This document shows, piece by piece, positions 10,801 to 20,865 of a stretch of 64,000 bases of DNA (position 1 is the stretch's first letter; every line of letters starts with the position of its first letter). The notes below the pieces were generated by a model. That model was given only the letters and a program-made list of their open reading frames with translations, did no database searches and was not told the origin of the DNA. The stretch is from a virus: positions 1-64,000 of IMG/VR virus record IMGVR_UViG_3300042453_003743; one strand, written 5' to 3'. A program made the translations under genes and the position numbers.

Positions 10801-13800
10801 CATGATTTGAAACGTGGCCAGAGGGTGTGTCAGAATACCATTTCGTGACAACCATATCATCTGTTTTAAACAGTCTTGGATCAAATTTAGAAAGCCATGT
10901 TGCTGCAGCTTGCTTATATGCAGGAGAATCTGTTTCTAGATGTGAAATATAAGCAGTAGTTCCATAAATTGAATGTGCTCTTTTTCTGCCATCTTGATTT
11001 ATAAAATATTCAAATCCTGTAGCACCTGCGATTGCACCGTTGTTGCTGAATAGAACTTGTCTATTTGGTGCATTTGTAGTTGCTGAAGAGCTGCCAGCAG
11101 CACCTTGAACTCCCTGAACACCCTGCGTTCCAGATCCTATTGCTCCTTGGATTCCCTGACGCCCATCCGCCCCCTGAACCCCCTGCCTTCCTTGAACTCC
11201 TTGAACACCTTGAAGCCCCTGAATTCCTTGAATGCCCAGATTTCCCTGAATACCTTGAATTCCTTGTGGTCCTTGTGGTCCTTGAAGCCCTTGAATTCCT
11301 TGTGGGCCTTGAACCCCTTGAATTCCTTGGAAACCTTGGTTGCCTTGCAATCCTTGCAAGCCAATGAAACCTTGTATTCCTATAGAACCTTGTGTTCCTT
11401 GTCTACCTTGAAGACCTTGTATTCCTTGTGGACCGCGACGACCATCATATCCAACTGGACCAACTGCGCCATTATTTCCCTGAACTCCCTGTCTTCCATC
11501 ACCGCCTTGAATACCTTGTATTCCTTGTATACCCTGTGGTCCCTGGACTCCTTGAATTCCTTGTAAACCTTGAGGGCCTTGACGGCCTTGAATTCCTTGA
11601 ATTCCTTGGATTCCTTGGATTCCTTGTGATCCAACAGAACCTTGAATTCCATTAGTTCCTTGGGGGCCTTCACGACCTTGAATTCCTTGAATTCCTTGAG
11701 GGCCTTGGATGCCTTGACGACCATCTGCTCCTTGCAGTCCCTGTCTTCCTTGTATTCCCTGAGTTCCAACAGAACCTTGAATTCCTTGAACGCCTTGTGA
11801 GCCCGAGCCAGCTGCACCCTGTATTCCCTGTATACCAAAAGTTCCTTGGATTCCTTGGACTCCTTGGACTCCTTGGGATCCCGCTCCAATTGCACCTTGA
11901 AGTCCTTGAAAACCTTGTTGTCCTTGAAGTCCTTGAAGTCCTTGAATTCCTTGTGTACCTTGAAGCCCTTGAATTCCTTGTGTACCTTGAACCCCCTGTA
12001 TTCCTTGAATACCTTGCAGTCCTTGTGATCCCTGAACACCTTGTGCACCACTTCCTATGGCACCTTGTGTTCCTTGTCTACCTTGAAGACCTTGTATTCC
12101 TTGCGGGCCTCTGCGACCATCAAAACCTACTGGACCTACAGCACCATTGTTTCCTTGAATTCCTTGTCTGCCTTGAACTCCGTCCCCACCCTGAATGCCT
12201 TGTATTCCTTGTGGGCCCTGTGGGCCTTGAATACCCTGCAGACCTTGTGGGCCTTGACGGCCTTGAATACCCTGTAGACCTTGTGGGCCTTGTAGACCTT
12301 GAATACCCTGTAGACCTTGGGTTCCAGCACCAACAGAACCTTGAATACCAATTTGGCCTTGTGCTCCTTGTATTCCTTGGACACCCTGAGATCCAGCACC
12401 AGCACTTCCCTGAACGCCCTGTCTGCCTTGAAGACCTTGAACTCCCTGTGCACCATTAGAACCCTGTGCTCCAATAGCTCCCTGGGTTCCAACAGAACCC
12501 TGAATTCCTTGGACTCCTTGGAAGCCTTGAACTCCCTGCGACCCAGAACCAATCTGACCCTGTATACCTTGAAGACCTTGTGGGCCTTGTAAACCCTGTC
12601 TTCCTTGAATTCCTTGAGGACCTTGTATTCCTTGTGATCCTTCACGGCCCTGAATACCTTGTATCCCTTGGGTTGCGGCTCCAACAGATCCTTGAATGCC
12701 CTGTATTCCTTGTAAACCGCGACGACCATCAAATCCAACTGGGCCTACGGCACCATTGTTTCCTTGAATGCCTTGTATTCCCTGACGCCCTTGAATTCCT
12801 TGAATTCCTTGCGATCCTGCAGATCCTTGTATTGAAAGACCACCGGCTCCTTGTGTTCCAATGGAACCTTGTATTCCCTGCACTCCCTGAGAACCAGAAC
12901 CTATGGCTCCTTGGATGCCTTGTAGTCCAGCTTGCCCCTGAACACCAACAGAACCTTGAATTCCTTGGGAACCGACACCAGCGCCCCCTTGAATTCCTTG
13001 CAAACCTTGCGTACCTTGACGACCTTGGATTCCCAGTGCTCCCTGAGTTCCCTGTATACCGGATCCAATAGCACCCTGCGTTCCCTGTGCTCCCTGTGTG
13101 CCAACACCTACAGATCCTTGTACGCCAACAGACCCCTGTACGCCAATTTGTCCTTGTATTCCTTGGACTCCCTGTGTCCCAGAACCAATCGCTCCTTGTA
13201 TACCTTGGCGACCTTGTATACCTTGAATTCCTTGTTGTCCTTGAATTCCTTGCGACCCAGAACCAGCAGAACCCTGAATTCCCTGTGTTCCAGAACCAAC
13301 AGCACCCTGGACACCCTGTATTCCTTGCGGGCCTCTGCGACCATCAAAGCCTACTGGGCCTACAGCACCATTGTTTCCTTGAATTCCTTGCGATCCTTGG
13401 ATTCCCTGTGTGCCCTGACTTCCCGCTCCAGCAGAACCCTGAATTCCAATTTGCCCTTGGATGCCCTGACGACCCTGAACACCTTGTGAACCGATACCCA
13501 ATGATCCTTGAATGCCCTGTGCACCACCCGAACCTTGAAGTCCTTGTACGCCTTGTATTCCTTGAGAACCATTTTGGCCTGCAGAACCTTGCAACCCGGA
13601 AGAACCTTGAAGCCCTTGAACTCCCTGAGAACCAGAACCAGCTTGGCCTTGTATTCCTTGTCTTCCCTGTGCTCCTTGGATTCCTTGTAGTCCTTGTATT
13701 CCCTGCGAACCATTTTGTCCAGCGTTTCCCTGTATTCCTTGTGAACCTGCACCAGCAGAGCCCTGAATACCAATAGTTCCTTGGGCACCAACAGAACCCT

Positions 13801-15259
13801 GAACGCCTTGTGTTCCCGATCCTATTGCGCCTTGAATTCCTTGACGACCTTGTACCCCCTGTGCTCCAACTGCTCCCTGTGCGCCAAGTGTTCCTTGGGC
13901 ACCAAAAGATCCTTGCGCTCCAACAGAACCTTGAACTCCTTGCACCCCCTGCACACCAGATTGCCCCTGTATACCTTGGGCACCTCTTCGCCCATCAAAT
14001 CCTACAGGACCTACTGATCCCGGGATACCTTGAGCTCCAGTGCCGCCTTGAATTCCTTGCGGTCCTTGTCTTCCTTGAACTCCTTGTAGCCCCTGAGAAC
14101 CTTGAACTCCTGCACTACCAGCAACTCCTTGCAATCCTTGAGCCCCAACAAGTCCCTGAATGCCCTGCAGACCAGATGAACCCTGCAGCCCAGCAAAGCC
14201 TTGAATTCCCTGAGAACCAAAGCCAGCGGATCCTTGCAATCCTTGAAGACCTTGAGCGCCACCTGCGCCTTGTATTCCTTGACGACCTTGAATTCCCTGT
14301 ACACCTTGAACACCTTGAACACCTTGGGATCCATTAGATCCGGCAGAACCTTGTATGCCTGCAGATCCTTGAATGCCCTGAGAACCAACGCCAGACGATC
14401 CTTGTAAACCTTGAACACCTTGGGTTCCCTGTGTACCTTGTCTTCCTTGAATTCCCTGAGCACCATTTATACCTTGTAAACCAACAGAACCCTGTAGTCC
14501 CTGTGCTCCTTGTGAGCCATTAGTTCCTTGAATTCCTTGAATACCTTGCGGGCCTCGACGCCCATCAAATCCAACGGGTCCAACTGCTCCGGGGATTCCT
14601 TGCAATCCTAATGATCCCTGTGTTCCCTGACTTCCTTGTATTCCTTGGGACCCAACAGACCCCTGAAGTCCAGAAGATCCTTGAATTCCAGCAAACCCCT
14701 GAATACCCTGAGCACCAGTATTTCCAAGAGAACCATTTGAACCTGCACTACCTTGAAGACCGATAGACCCCTGAATACCTTGCGATCCAAAGCCTGCAAC
14801 ACCTTGAACGCCTTGAACACCCTGTGTGCCCACAGTACCCTGACTGCCCAAAACTCCTTGCACACCCTGTGTTCCTTGTGTACCACGGCGACCGTCGAAT
14901 CCTGCGGGACCAACAGATCCTATAAAACCTTGGTTGCCTTGGACACCTTGAACACCAAGAAAACCTTGTATTCCTTGAATTCCCTGAATACCTTGAACAG
15001 TCTGTACGTTTAAATATGCTACATTCCACACCCAATTTCCAGGTGTGCCGGTGAGATAATAGTATGTTGTATTTGCTACAACATATACAATCATACCCAC
15101 CTCTCTGCGCTCGTCTGGAATGCTGTCTCTATCAGCGAGAGTGGCAACAGTTCTTAGACCACCTAATCCATATATTGGTTTAGTAACAGGATAAGTATCA
15201 GTCGAATCAAACGGACTGATGAAACCTCCAATTGGTACTCCACCTGGTATTTCAGCCAT
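7856..15259 (-). CDS. Giant collagen-like fibre protein with Gly-X-Gln repeats, 2467 aa
   Basis: About 1300-aa and about 200-aa G-X-Q tracts separated and followed by globular Cys/Pro-containing domains; N-terminal 'GGLRTVAT...[17 protein letters not shown]' domain. Confidence 0.85.
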   Translation of the reverse strand: MAEIPGGVPIGGFISPFDSTDTYPVTKPIYGLGGLRTVATLADRDSIPDERREVGMIVYVVANTTYYYLTGTPGNWVWNVAYLNVQTVQGIQGIQGIQGFLGVQGVQGNQGFIGSVGPAGFDGRRGTQGTQGVQGVLGSQGTVGTQGVQGVQGVAGFGSQGIQGSIGLQGSAGSNGSLGNTGAQGIQGFAGIQGSSGLQGSVGSQGIQGSQGTQGSLGLQGIPGAVGPVGFDGRRGPQGIQGIQGTNGSQGAQGLQGSVGLQGINGAQGIQGRQGTQGTQGVQGLQGSSGVGSQGIQGSAGIQGSAGSNGSQGVQGVQGVQGIQGRQGIQGAGGAQGLQGLQGSAGFGSQGIQGFAGLQGSSGLQGIQGLVGAQGLQGVAGSAGVQGSQGLQGVQGRQGPQGIQGGTGAQGIPGSVGPVGFDGRRGAQGIQGQSGVQGVQGVQGSVGAQGSFGAQGTLGAQGAVGAQGVQGRQGIQGAIGSGTQGVQGSVGAQGTIGIQGSAGAGSQGIQGNAGQNGSQGIQGLQGIQGAQGRQGIQGQAGSGSQGVQGLQGSSGLQGSAGQNGSQGIQGVQGLQGSGGAQGIQGSLGIGSQGVQGRQGIQGQIGIQGSAGAGSQGTQGIQGSQGIQGNNGAVGPVGFDGRRGPQGIQGVQGAVGSGTQGIQGSAGSGSQGIQGQQGIQGIQGRQGIQGAIGSGTQGVQGIQGQIGVQGSVGVQGSVGVGTQGAQGTQGAIGSGIQGTQGALGIQGRQGTQGLQGIQGGAGVGSQGIQGSVGVQGQAGLQGIQGAIGSGSQGVQGIQGSIGTQGAGGLSIQGSAGSQGIQGIQGRQGIQGIQGNNGAVGPVGFDGRRGLQGIQGIQGSVGAATQGIQGIQGREGSQGIQGPQGIQGRQGLQGPQGLQGIQGQIGSGSQGVQGFQGVQGIQGSVGTQGAIGAQGSNGAQGVQGLQGRQGVQGSAGAGSQGVQGIQGAQGQIGIQGSVGAGTQGLQGIQGLQGPQGLQGIQGRQGPQGLQGIQGPQGPQGIQGIQGGDGVQGRQGIQGNNGAVGPVGFDGRRGPQGIQGLQGRQGTQGAIGSGAQGVQGSQGLQGIQGIQGVQGTQGIQGLQGTQGIQGLQGLQGQQGFQGLQGAIGAGSQGVQGVQGIQGTFGIQGIQGAAGSGSQGVQGIQGSVGTQGIQGRQGLQGADGRQGIQGPQGIQGIQGREGPQGTNGIQGSVGSQGIQGIQGIQGIQGRQGPQGLQGIQGVQGPQGIQGIQGIQGGDGRQGVQGNNGAVGPVGYDGRRGPQGIQGLQGRQGTQGSIGIQGFIGLQGLQGNQGFQGIQGVQGPQGIQGLQGPQGPQGIQGIQGNLGIQGIQGLQGVQGVQGRQGVQGADGRQGIQGAIGSGTQGVQGVQGAAGSSSATTNAPNRQVLFSNNGAIAGATGFEYFINQDGRKRAHSIYGTTAYISHLETDSPAYKQAAATWLSKFDPRLFKTDDMVVTKWYSDTPSGHVSNHVYLDNLDQRNGFINTPGITNPTNDVYELFTGWTEPAILDTNNPNFVAGLTYLSKVVLSEQGFGDTYYIGQVTKINNKIQIPRYRGGITYYSLFVTNVNVYDKTTSSTTNLSNFVNYVPGSTYTRNLNLNSVKYFGITSPTGSYNVPTTTCLTQQYPSSCHFGGAGNPDITEPFPFSQRSLGGDAGGGSSFGNAIWDPPLAASNNGENNNTNVFVYDINDITTPGVYTVVPQIANNGAAALMGSLILANWGTAGPTGDLNNDGTVNATDLGIFLGGTYWYQEDSTQFGRIINYPGSTNSSVEVTDPCCVINDWFTYAKSTDISVAGEELPYRVIRQTGFFLENDVTDITSNGFTASPNTKYIRYGIIKRGTDPGSGYDTEGSGVFWSTWVEEQSSGGSGQTGAQGIQGVQGRQGVQGIQGIQGRQGIQGSAGAQGSNGAQGTIGSQGIQGRQGTLGIQGIQGPQGPQGIQGIQGVQGLQGRQGVQGLIGSVGPVGYDGRRGFQGVQGIQGIGGIGGIQGSVGSQGIQGTQGIQGRQGPQGLQGIQGPQGPQGLQGIQGPQGPQGLQGIQGPQGPQGPQGLQGIQGIQGIQGLKGGIIPNRPILYNHGLGRTAGWSSGSGVSTKGVTLRFMGDAMNWTNFTFSFGLTGGLTYCRPLGSLKINPEQYLTLGKGTFLVVNTITQYKIWLDQCPCVFSTLPPGNQTNGPLSPSNNEINTSIVPVWPRPWTYDTTLNANRKTPGYLPRYYAENQKIVHMTYHSGETVLFPSAPVLGISVTGGNTNAALYYINPPGNSYGFIENPAQSEQINPMNFPWDIPCITCQEKWNWGGAEELLYNTEDPPILQNSEVTYLLETGMLAQGSPGPTEAGVDRFPLKPCPNNDPDCLSTYVQGLSLGQNVGNSYYRQFKYRGDRWVHNGYAIKISDEVITGWTFPEPTITISSFGNSGYTGPSIQSGGNIDVTTIAAPGDPNTGIIYFRPGVGPVF
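9045..9200. repeat. Near-perfect 36-bp tandem repeat (aataccctgtagaccttgtgggccttgtgggccttg), about 4 copies, inside the collagen gene
   Basis: Read directly; built from 9-bp subunits encoding GPQ/GLQ/GIQ. Confidence 0.8.
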
Positions 15260-15274
15260 ACGGTTGCTTTGTCA

Positions 15275-16255
15275 TTAGACTATAAGAGAAATGGTTATGT
15301 TTGCGGAAGTAGCGTTAGGCGTTCTGTAATATTTATAATTCAGAGTTAAACCATATTGGTTTGTAATATTCACTGTTCCGGTAGTAAAAGATGTAGTAAA
15401 ACCATTGATTGAGAATGTAGGAGTACTAAAAGTTTCTGGTAAAAAGTAATAGACGTATCTGGGTTGACCAATAGATGTAAATGTTTTTGTAAATGATGAA
15501 ATATTGGTTAATAATTGTCTTTCATAATTTGCGCCATAAATTTCAGTTCTTGCAGTTCTAAAATCGTCTGTCGTAGATGAACCCCAGAACCCCGAATATC
15601 TCCATTCATGAGTTTCTGTTAAGAAAACTGGCGATCCCTGGAATTGATTCCCCTGAACTTTAAAAACAATAGATCCTGGAACATTTACTTGATATGCTGG
15701 ATGGGTATAATTTTGTGGTGAACTATTATAGTTCAGAGCAGCCCCAACAGGAGTTCCAAGAATTTGTGTAGTATCTTTGTATAATTTTATGCTCCCCGAT
15801 GTCCAATTTGTAACGCCAGTGGTAGCCCAAGTAAATTGTCTGGTTGCAGAGGAAATGGTGTAACCTATTTCATAAATTTTTGACCCTGTTGTTATACCAG
15901 AAGTAAACGATGTGAAGGTAACTGGAATATAAGGATATAAAATTTGTTCTAATACTTCTATAGCATTTTTATTAGTTAAAACGGTTCCTGCAGTCAGACC
16001 CCCAACTGTGGTTGTTGTCGGTGATGGATTAGTCCACAATAAGTTTCCACCAGCGATGCCCTGTATTCCTTGAATACCTTGTGGTCCCTGTGGGCCTTGT
16101 TGACCCCCTCCCCCACCGGAACTAGTTACAACAGTAGACCCACCTCCAATAACAATATCTCTTTGTGGTGTTATGGTAATAGAAGGATATTGTGAAGACG
16201 TTGTCAGTGTCAGCTTCGGATAGTCGGATTCCTCATTTACCGTTATATCTGCCAT
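15275..16255 (-). CDS. Virion structural protein with short collagen segment, 326 aa
   Basis: GPQ/GIQ short tract and 'TN..PT...VGGL.AGT......EVLEQILYPY' motif; in fibre operon. Confidence 0.65.
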   Translation of the reverse strand: MADITVNEESDYPKLTLTTSSQYPSITITPQRDIVIGGGSTVVTSSGGGGGQQGPQGPQGIQGIQGIAGGNLLWTNPSPTTTTVGGLTAGTVLTNKNAIEVLEQILYPYIPVTFTSFTSGITTGSKIYEIGYTISSATRQFTWATTGVTNWTSGSIKLYKDTTQILGTPVGAALNYNSSPQNYTHPAYQVNVPGSIVFKVQGNQFQGSPVFLTETHEWRYSGFWGSSTTDDFRTARTEIYGANYERQLLTNISSFTKTFTSIGQPRYVYYFLPETFSTPTFSINGFTTSFTTGTVNITNQYGLTLNYKYYRTPNATSANITISLIV

Positions 16256-16650
16256 TACAATCTTGTAACCTCATTCAATACTTCTATTGAACCACGCAAA
16301 AGCGTTGTAACGGAGTTATTATTTGGACCTATCACTTGTATGTCATATTTTGGGGTAGATCCTGCGGCTAATTGACTGGTATATGTTGCTCCTATAGAAA
16401 CATAAATTGTTCCTCCGGTTGCAGATCCAGACAATCCTCCAATTATACCCTCGGGCATGGTTGCTCCAGATGCATTTGATGATATGTATACATTATAGGA
16501 TGCAACCAATGGGGCTGGATAGTAGCCCTTTCTTAATTGCATCGATAGCGTACACCCACCTAGATTATAAGGAGAACCCTCATTGTCTAGGTACATGGAC
16601 CACCTATAACTGTCTCCCTGTATAATTGTAAAATCGTAGTTTGCGCTCAT
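16255..16650 (-). CDS. Small fibre/baseplate adaptor-like protein, 131 aa
   Basis: 'YDFTIIQGDS...YNL.GCT..MQLR...KYDIQV...TTLLRG.I.V..EVTR' pattern common at the head of phage fibre operons; GGAG SD. Confidence 0.6.
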   Translation of the reverse strand: MSANYDFTIIQGDSYRWSMYLDNEGSPYNLGGCTLSMQLRKGYYPAPLVASYNVYISSNASGATMPEGIIGGLSGSATGGTIYVSIGATYTSQLAAGSTPKYDIQVIGPNNNSVTTLLRGSIEVLNEVTRL

Positions 16651-16659
16651 TGGTTCTCC

Positions 16660-16693
16660 AAAAATAATAGCCTATTTTTAGTAGGCTATTATT
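16660..16693 (-). terminator. 12-bp hairpin with T tail (terminator-like or 5' leader stem-loop)
   Basis: AATAATAGCCTA-7nt-TAGGCTATTATT followed by TTT on minus. Confidence 0.55.
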
Positions 16694-16696
16694 AAA

Positions 16697-16704
16697 TATT
16701 TAGG
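16697..16704 (-). promoter_or_regulatory. T4-type late promoter (CCTAAATA) for the fibre operon
   Basis: TAAATA core at the boundary between replication and structural genes. Confidence 0.6.
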
Positions 16705-16717
16705 AGTTGTGCAAGAC

Positions 16718-17944
16718 TTATAATTTTACAGTCTGAGCCTTCTCTAGATCTACATTTAGAGTAGTTTTATTCTCTAAATTTTTAATTTTTTGTTCCTGTT
16801 CGGCTTTCATTTTTTCTTGATTTTGATTAAATTCTGCAATAGCCTTTAAGTAGACTTCTTTATTTTTTTCAATTCTTGGTCGGTGTTCTTCTGGCATGTA
16901 AGGCTCCGATAGAAGTTTTTCACATGCTGCTAGACCCATATGAATTTTTCCAACATAAAATGCTGTTGTAGAAATTTCATCCAAAATTCCCCATTGATAT
17001 ACTGCTTTGTCAACAAACAAAATATCATCTTTTGGAATGGGAATCGTCAATGCCTGAGCAGCAGCCATAAACGCGTTTCTTGGTCTTTCGTATTTTCTAT
17101 AGATGCAAGAAAGGTGATACAGCGCTTCGGCGCGATTTGGCCTTGCTTCATAAGATCTTAAGAAAGCATCGGTAACTTGTTCTTGTGGCTTGCCCATGAT
17201 CTCACGGCATATTCCAACACGAATCCAAGAATAGAACACTTCTTCTGGCCAACTTCCCATTTCAATTCTTCTAAGATATTCTTTTTCAGCTACTTCAAAA
17301 AGCTGCGCATCAAATGCAGATTGTGCTGCATAGAATTGCTTTCTCACTGAAGAAGGATCTTTTTCAAGATATTTTTTTAGTAAGAAGTAATCTCTCGCGT
17401 ATTTTTCTCTGTCACTATTAACTTCTCTTGAACGACAACCCTCAGTACGAACGTTCCACGAATAATTTCCTTCAAGTCTCTCAACCTTCATTGGCTGTTC
17501 GCAAATTGCGTATTCGTGCAAAGGCTCTTCGTACCACCAAAGTTTTTTGGCAAGATTGAAGACTTGGGCGCGATACCATACCATATTTCCACGGGAAATT
17601 TTTACAACATAACCATCTAGATCATCATTGAAAGAATCTACAGGAAGTGTTCCTTCGATAGTGTCGTCAGCATCAATCATCAGAGCCCATTTTGTTTTAC
17701 CATGACAGTGCTTTAAAACTTGTGACCGATTTGTTCCAAAGTCTTCCCATTTATGATCTAAAATTTCACCGGGAATGTTTTTCTTTTCAAAAAAATCTTT
17801 GATTAATTGTTTTGTGTTATCTACAGATCCGGTGTCTGCGATTACATAATAATCAATATATGGTGCGACTGACTCCAAGCATCTTTCGATATTTGGAGCC
17901 TCATTTTTTACGATCATTGCTAATGTTAATTTGTGCATTTTCAT
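16718..17944 (-). CDS. GT2-family glycosyltransferase with TPR repeats, 408 aa
   Basis: 'LAMIVKNEA.NIERCLES', 'DTGS.DNT', 'DF..NR', 'MIDADD' (DxD), 'LHE', then TPR-like helices. Confidence 0.88.
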   Translation of the reverse strand: MKMHKLTLAMIVKNEAPNIERCLESVAPYIDYYVIADTGSVDNTKQLIKDFFEKKNIPGEILDHKWEDFGTNRSQVLKHCHGKTKWALMIDADDTIEGTLPVDSFNDDLDGYVVKISRGNMVWYRAQVFNLAKKLWWYEEPLHEYAICEQPMKVERLEGNYSWNVRTEGCRSREVNSDREKYARDYFLLKKYLEKDPSSVRKQFYAAQSAFDAQLFEVAEKEYLRRIEMGSWPEEVFYSWIRVGICREIMGKPQEQVTDAFLRSYEARPNRAEALYHLSCIYRKYERPRNAFMAAAQALTIPIPKDDILFVDKAVYQWGILDEISTTAFYVGKIHMGLAACEKLLSEPYMPEEHRPRIEKNKEVYLKAIAEFNQNQEKMKAEQEQKIKNLENKTTLNVDLEKAQTVKL

Positions 17945-17946
17945 CC

Positions 17947-18372
17947 TTATGAATTAAAAAATTTACGTAATGAACCTGGATTAAATTTGGGTATCAGATC
18001 CCAATCATCCTTCTCTTCATATCTAATTATCTTCAAAGCATTGACGGGTATTGTATTTTTTATTTTTTCCTTGTCAAGTACTTCTAACAATTCCCAGTCT
18101 TCTAATAATTTTACAATCATATTTCTTCTTTTTAGATCTTCCTCACTAGTATTGGATGGAAGGCCGTCCAAAGAAAATAATTCTTTAAAATGTGCAATTA
18201 TATAAACTTCATTTTTATGAATTAAATGACAAGATTGATATAATACTTTTTTTCCTTTTGGAGAAACACCTATTCTAGATAGGGTTTCCTTTACAACCAT
18301 GTAATCTTCTGGATCTAGTAGTTTTACATGAACACCAACGTTATTAAATACTTTATCTGAAATTTCTGACAT
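17947..18372 (-). CDS. regA: Translational repressor RegA
   Basis: 'VKETLSRIGV...LYQSCH.IHK...YII.HFKELF.LDG...RRN.I..LL.DW.L'; follows gp62. Confidence 0.95.
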   Translation of the reverse strand: MSEISDKVFNNVGVHVKLLDPEDYMVVKETLSRIGVSPKGKKVLYQSCHLIHKNEVYIIAHFKELFSLDGLPSNTSEEDLKRRNMIVKLLEDWELLEVLDKEKIKNTIPVNALKIIRYEEKDDWDLIPKFNPGSLRKFFNS

Positions 18373-18384
18373 ATCACGTCCTTA

Positions 18385-18768
18385 TCAAGATTTTGGACCA
18401 CCTTTGTATAAAGAAGCTTCTATTTTAGCGAGTTCTTCTGGTCCAATAATATTTAGCACTTCTCTGGCCTTTGTTTCGCTGTAATTAAATGCCTCTTTAA
18501 TAGCGGTCAAATCTTTATCAACTACCTTTTTCATCCACGGAGAATATCGTTTCTTTTTTCTAACTGCGATTCTGTAAAAATCAAATTGGGATTTGGAGTC
18601 TAGCCACGGGCAACAGTTCATTTCGTTTGCGTGAAAAATAGTATCATTAAAATATGACATTATTTTGTTTACTATGAATGGTGGATATGATTTTTTTTCA
18701 TCGTCCCCAGAATCCAGCAGTGGTTTTTTGTCATGATTTATGCTATTTAAAAAATCTTTTAGTTCCAT
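18385..18768 (-). CDS. gp62: Clamp loader small subunit gp62
   Basis: 'LKDFLNSIN..K...YPPFIVN..MS...DTI..ANEMN...Q.DF....RK.KR.S.W'; synteny. Confidence 0.93.
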   Translation of the reverse strand: MELKDFLNSINHDKKPLLDSGDDEKKSYPPFIVNKIMSYFNDTIFHANEMNCCPWLDSKSQFDFYRIAVRKKKRYSPWMKKVVDKDLTAIKEAFNYSETKAREVLNIIGPEELAKIEASLYKGGPKS

Positions 18769-19712
18769 TAAATAAACTCACATTCCATCATAATTTGAAC
18801 CAACAAAGCCATTGTATTGATTTCTTGGTCCGCAGCAAAAGCGGACTTATATTGGTATTCCGCAATAATAAGAATAGCTTGCGGAATTGAAGGATTTTTT
18901 AATGAAGTATACAATTCGGTGTATAATTTTTTAAAAAACTCCGATGTATTCAAATCCAAATTTTGGATCACCCATTTTCGGCATGAAGTAAAATCCTTTG
19001 CTTTCATGTATCCTATTAATTCTTTATACGATTCTGTGCTACCCTGTGCAAGAATTCCGACATCAACTTTTCCAGAAGCAGAATACTTTTGAAGTTCGTT
19101 AATGATTCTGCGCAAATCTGGAAAATGCCTTTTGATAAGATTTGCAAGAACCGATTGTTCGTATGGTATTTTTTCATTTGTAAGTATGTATTCAATCCGC
19201 GAAAGCATTGATTTTGCAATCTGCGCTTTTTCGGAATTTGGAACAGTAAAATCGATACCCGTGCAACGAGAGTGAAGTGGATCTATAATTCTGCCTTTGT
19301 AATTACAGGTTAGAATAAATCTGCAATTTTTATGAAACTCTTCGATAGCTCCACGCAAAGCAGGTTGCATAGATTGCTGGTTTGCATAATCAAACTCATC
19401 AAGAATAATAACTTTCATGTTTCCATTCAAAGAAACAGTAGAAGCGTATTGACGAATTTTTGTACGCAACGTATCAATACCACTGTCTTCCGAGCAGTTG
19501 ATAACCATACATTCCAAATCAAGATCTTTGGCAAGAGCACGGGCAACTGTTGTTTTGCCCGTGCCAGCTTTACCATAAAACATCATGTTGGGTATTGTTC
19601 CTTCTTTGATCATACCATTAAAAACAGTAGTAAGATCAATAGGAAGAATACAATCAGACAAAGACTTGGGTCGATATTTTTCAACCCATAGCACACTGTT
19701 TATATCAGACAA
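18768..19712 (-). CDS. gp44: Clamp loader large subunit gp44 (AAA+), TTG start
   Basis: 'LWVEKYRP', Walker A 'GKAGTGKTT', 'ILDEFD', 'PLHSRC'. Confidence 0.96.
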   Translation of the reverse strand: MSDINSVLWVEKYRPKSLSDCILPIDLTTVFNGMIKEGTIPNMMFYGKAGTGKTTVARALAKDLDLECMVINCSEDSGIDTLRTKIRQYASTVSLNGNMKVIILDEFDYANQQSMQPALRGAIEEFHKNCRFILTCNYKGRIIDPLHSRCTGIDFTVPNSEKAQIAKSMLSRIEYILTNEKIPYEQSVLANLIKRHFPDLRRIINELQKYSASGKVDVGILAQGSTESYKELIGYMKAKDFTSCRKWVIQNLDLNTSEFFKKLYTELYTSLKNPSIPQAILIIAEYQYKSAFAADQEINTMALLVQIMMECEFI

Positions 19713-19714
19713 AA

Positions 19715-20386
19715 TTAACCTCGCTTAGTACCGATATAGTAGGTAAGGTTTTGAGTTTTGTGAGAAAACTTTGTAATAACAGTTTCTGTCAAAGAAACGG
19801 AATAGGACCCGGGAACAAATTTAATTTCAGAAACGTTTAACATTCCATCATAATCTGGTCCGTTGTAATTTTCATCAATGATTACAGTAAAGCTGTTTGA
19901 TGTATCATTAGTTTCATCATTTACTATAATTTTTAGAACTCCATCTTCTCCCAAAATTTGTACATCGCTAACCTGAAGAATTCTTGAGGCTTTTAAAATT
20001 TCATTTAAATCATTTTCATCCAAATCAAATGATACCAAAACGGGAGGCATTTTAAAGTCCTTTGTGGGAACAGTCAAAAGCTCCGGTTCACTATAATAAT
20101 AACGAACAGATGAACGCCCGTTCGAAATGTCAACATAGTTTTCATTAAATTCTAAATCTGGATTTGCAAACATGCTAACAATTCCCAAAAATTTATTCAA
20201 ATCCCAAATAGAAATTTCAGTCTCAAACTCTTCCTGAACTTTTGCTTCCGCATAGGTATTTTTTTGTGGTGAAACTGTTTTAATAACATTTCCAGGTTTA
20301 ATTAAAATGTTTGAGTTAATTTCTGAAAAATTTTTAAGAAAAGTATATGTTTCTTTAGATAGACGCATTTTAGTCACGGTTGTCAT
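19715..20386 (-). CDS. gp45: Sliding clamp gp45
   Basis: 'M.LSKET...LKNFS.INSNILIK.GN.I.T....KN..AEA...E.F.....IWDL..FL'; synteny. Confidence 0.94.
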   Translation of the reverse strand: MTTVTKMRLSKETYTFLKNFSEINSNILIKPGNVIKTVSPQKNTYAEAKVQEEFETEISIWDLNKFLGIVSMFANPDLEFNENYVDISNGRSSVRYYYSEPELLTVPTKDFKMPPVLVSFDLDENDLNEILKASRILQVSDVQILGEDGVLKIIVNDETNDTSNSFTVIIDENYNGPDYDGMLNVSEIKFVPGSYSVSLTETVITKFSHKTQNLTYYIGTKRG

Positions 20387-20537
20387 AGTTTTCCTTTGTT
20401 TTGTAAATCATATCATTGAGCTGTTGTTTTTGCTCATGACGGTTTCCACGTTTAGTTCTGTTTTCTTGCTTTCTTCCGAAATTAGAAGGCTTTTTCTTTC
20501 TGCGATTAGTAAACTTTTCAAAGCTGTCTTCATTCAT
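20370..20537 (-). CDS. Small basic hypothetical protein, 55 aa (not in ORF track)
   Basis: Manual translation MNEDSFEKFTNRRKKKPSNFGRKQENRTKRGNRHEQKQQLNDMIYKTKENYDNRD*; fills the gap, sits behind a promoter and overlaps the gp45 start. Confidence 0.6.
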   Translation of the reverse strand: MNEDSFEKFTNRRKKKPSNFGRKQENRTKRGNRHEQKQQLNDMIYKTKENYDNRD

Positions 20538-20543
20538 AATCGT

Positions 20544-20571
20544 ATTATAACTCCAATAATTTGTAAATCAA
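20544..20571 (-). promoter_or_regulatory. Sigma70-like promoter TTGATT-N16-TATAAT
   Basis: Perfect -10, 6 nt upstream of ATG 20537; heads the clamp/clamp-loader operon. Confidence 0.65.
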
Positions 20572-20852
20572 GTTTCAATCCACTGAGAACTGTCACCGTC
20601 TTTTTGCCAAACATATTTTATCCCGGCACCAGATACCCAAAGTTGTCCTACTATAGGATTTATAGGTGGATTTTCTGAATAATAAACTTCTGTATTTCCT
20701 GCATATTTCCAATACTTGCTATTTTGTAATGGGGAAAGGGTGGTTGTACGAATACATTGATAATGCTTTCCCTGAAAAGAAATTATTTCTCCAGGAAAAT
20801 AGTTTTGTGGTTTGCCACTTATTGTTTTGAATTCAAATTCTCCGCGAAACAT
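20568..20852 (-). CDS. Small late protein with carbohydrate-binding-like and fibre-type motifs, 94 aa
   Basis: 'Y.PG.II...GK.YQC.......P......W' (CBM5/12-like) and 'P.NP..GQLW...KYVW..DGDSSQW.E'; own TATAAATA. Confidence 0.55.
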   Translation of the reverse strand: MFRGEFEFKTISGKPQNYFPGEIISFQGKHYQCIRTTTLSPLQNSKYWKYAGNTEVYYSENPPINPIVGQLWVSGAGIKYVWQKDGDSSQWIET

Positions 20853-20857
20853 AAAAA

Positions 20858-20865
20858 TATTTATA
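20858..20865 (-). promoter_or_regulatory. T4 late promoter TATAAATA
   Basis: Exact T4 consensus, 5 nt before ATG 20852, overlapping the gp46 stop. Confidence 0.7.

Noticed and set aside
9016-15035. Many alternative-frame and antisense ORFs over the collagen gene
   Set aside because: Shadow ORFs caused by the 9-bp periodic repeat; no starts, SDs or sensible composition
1-16650. Diversity-generating retroelement acting on fibres
   Set aside because: No reverse transcriptase and no template/variable repeat pair noticed in this window
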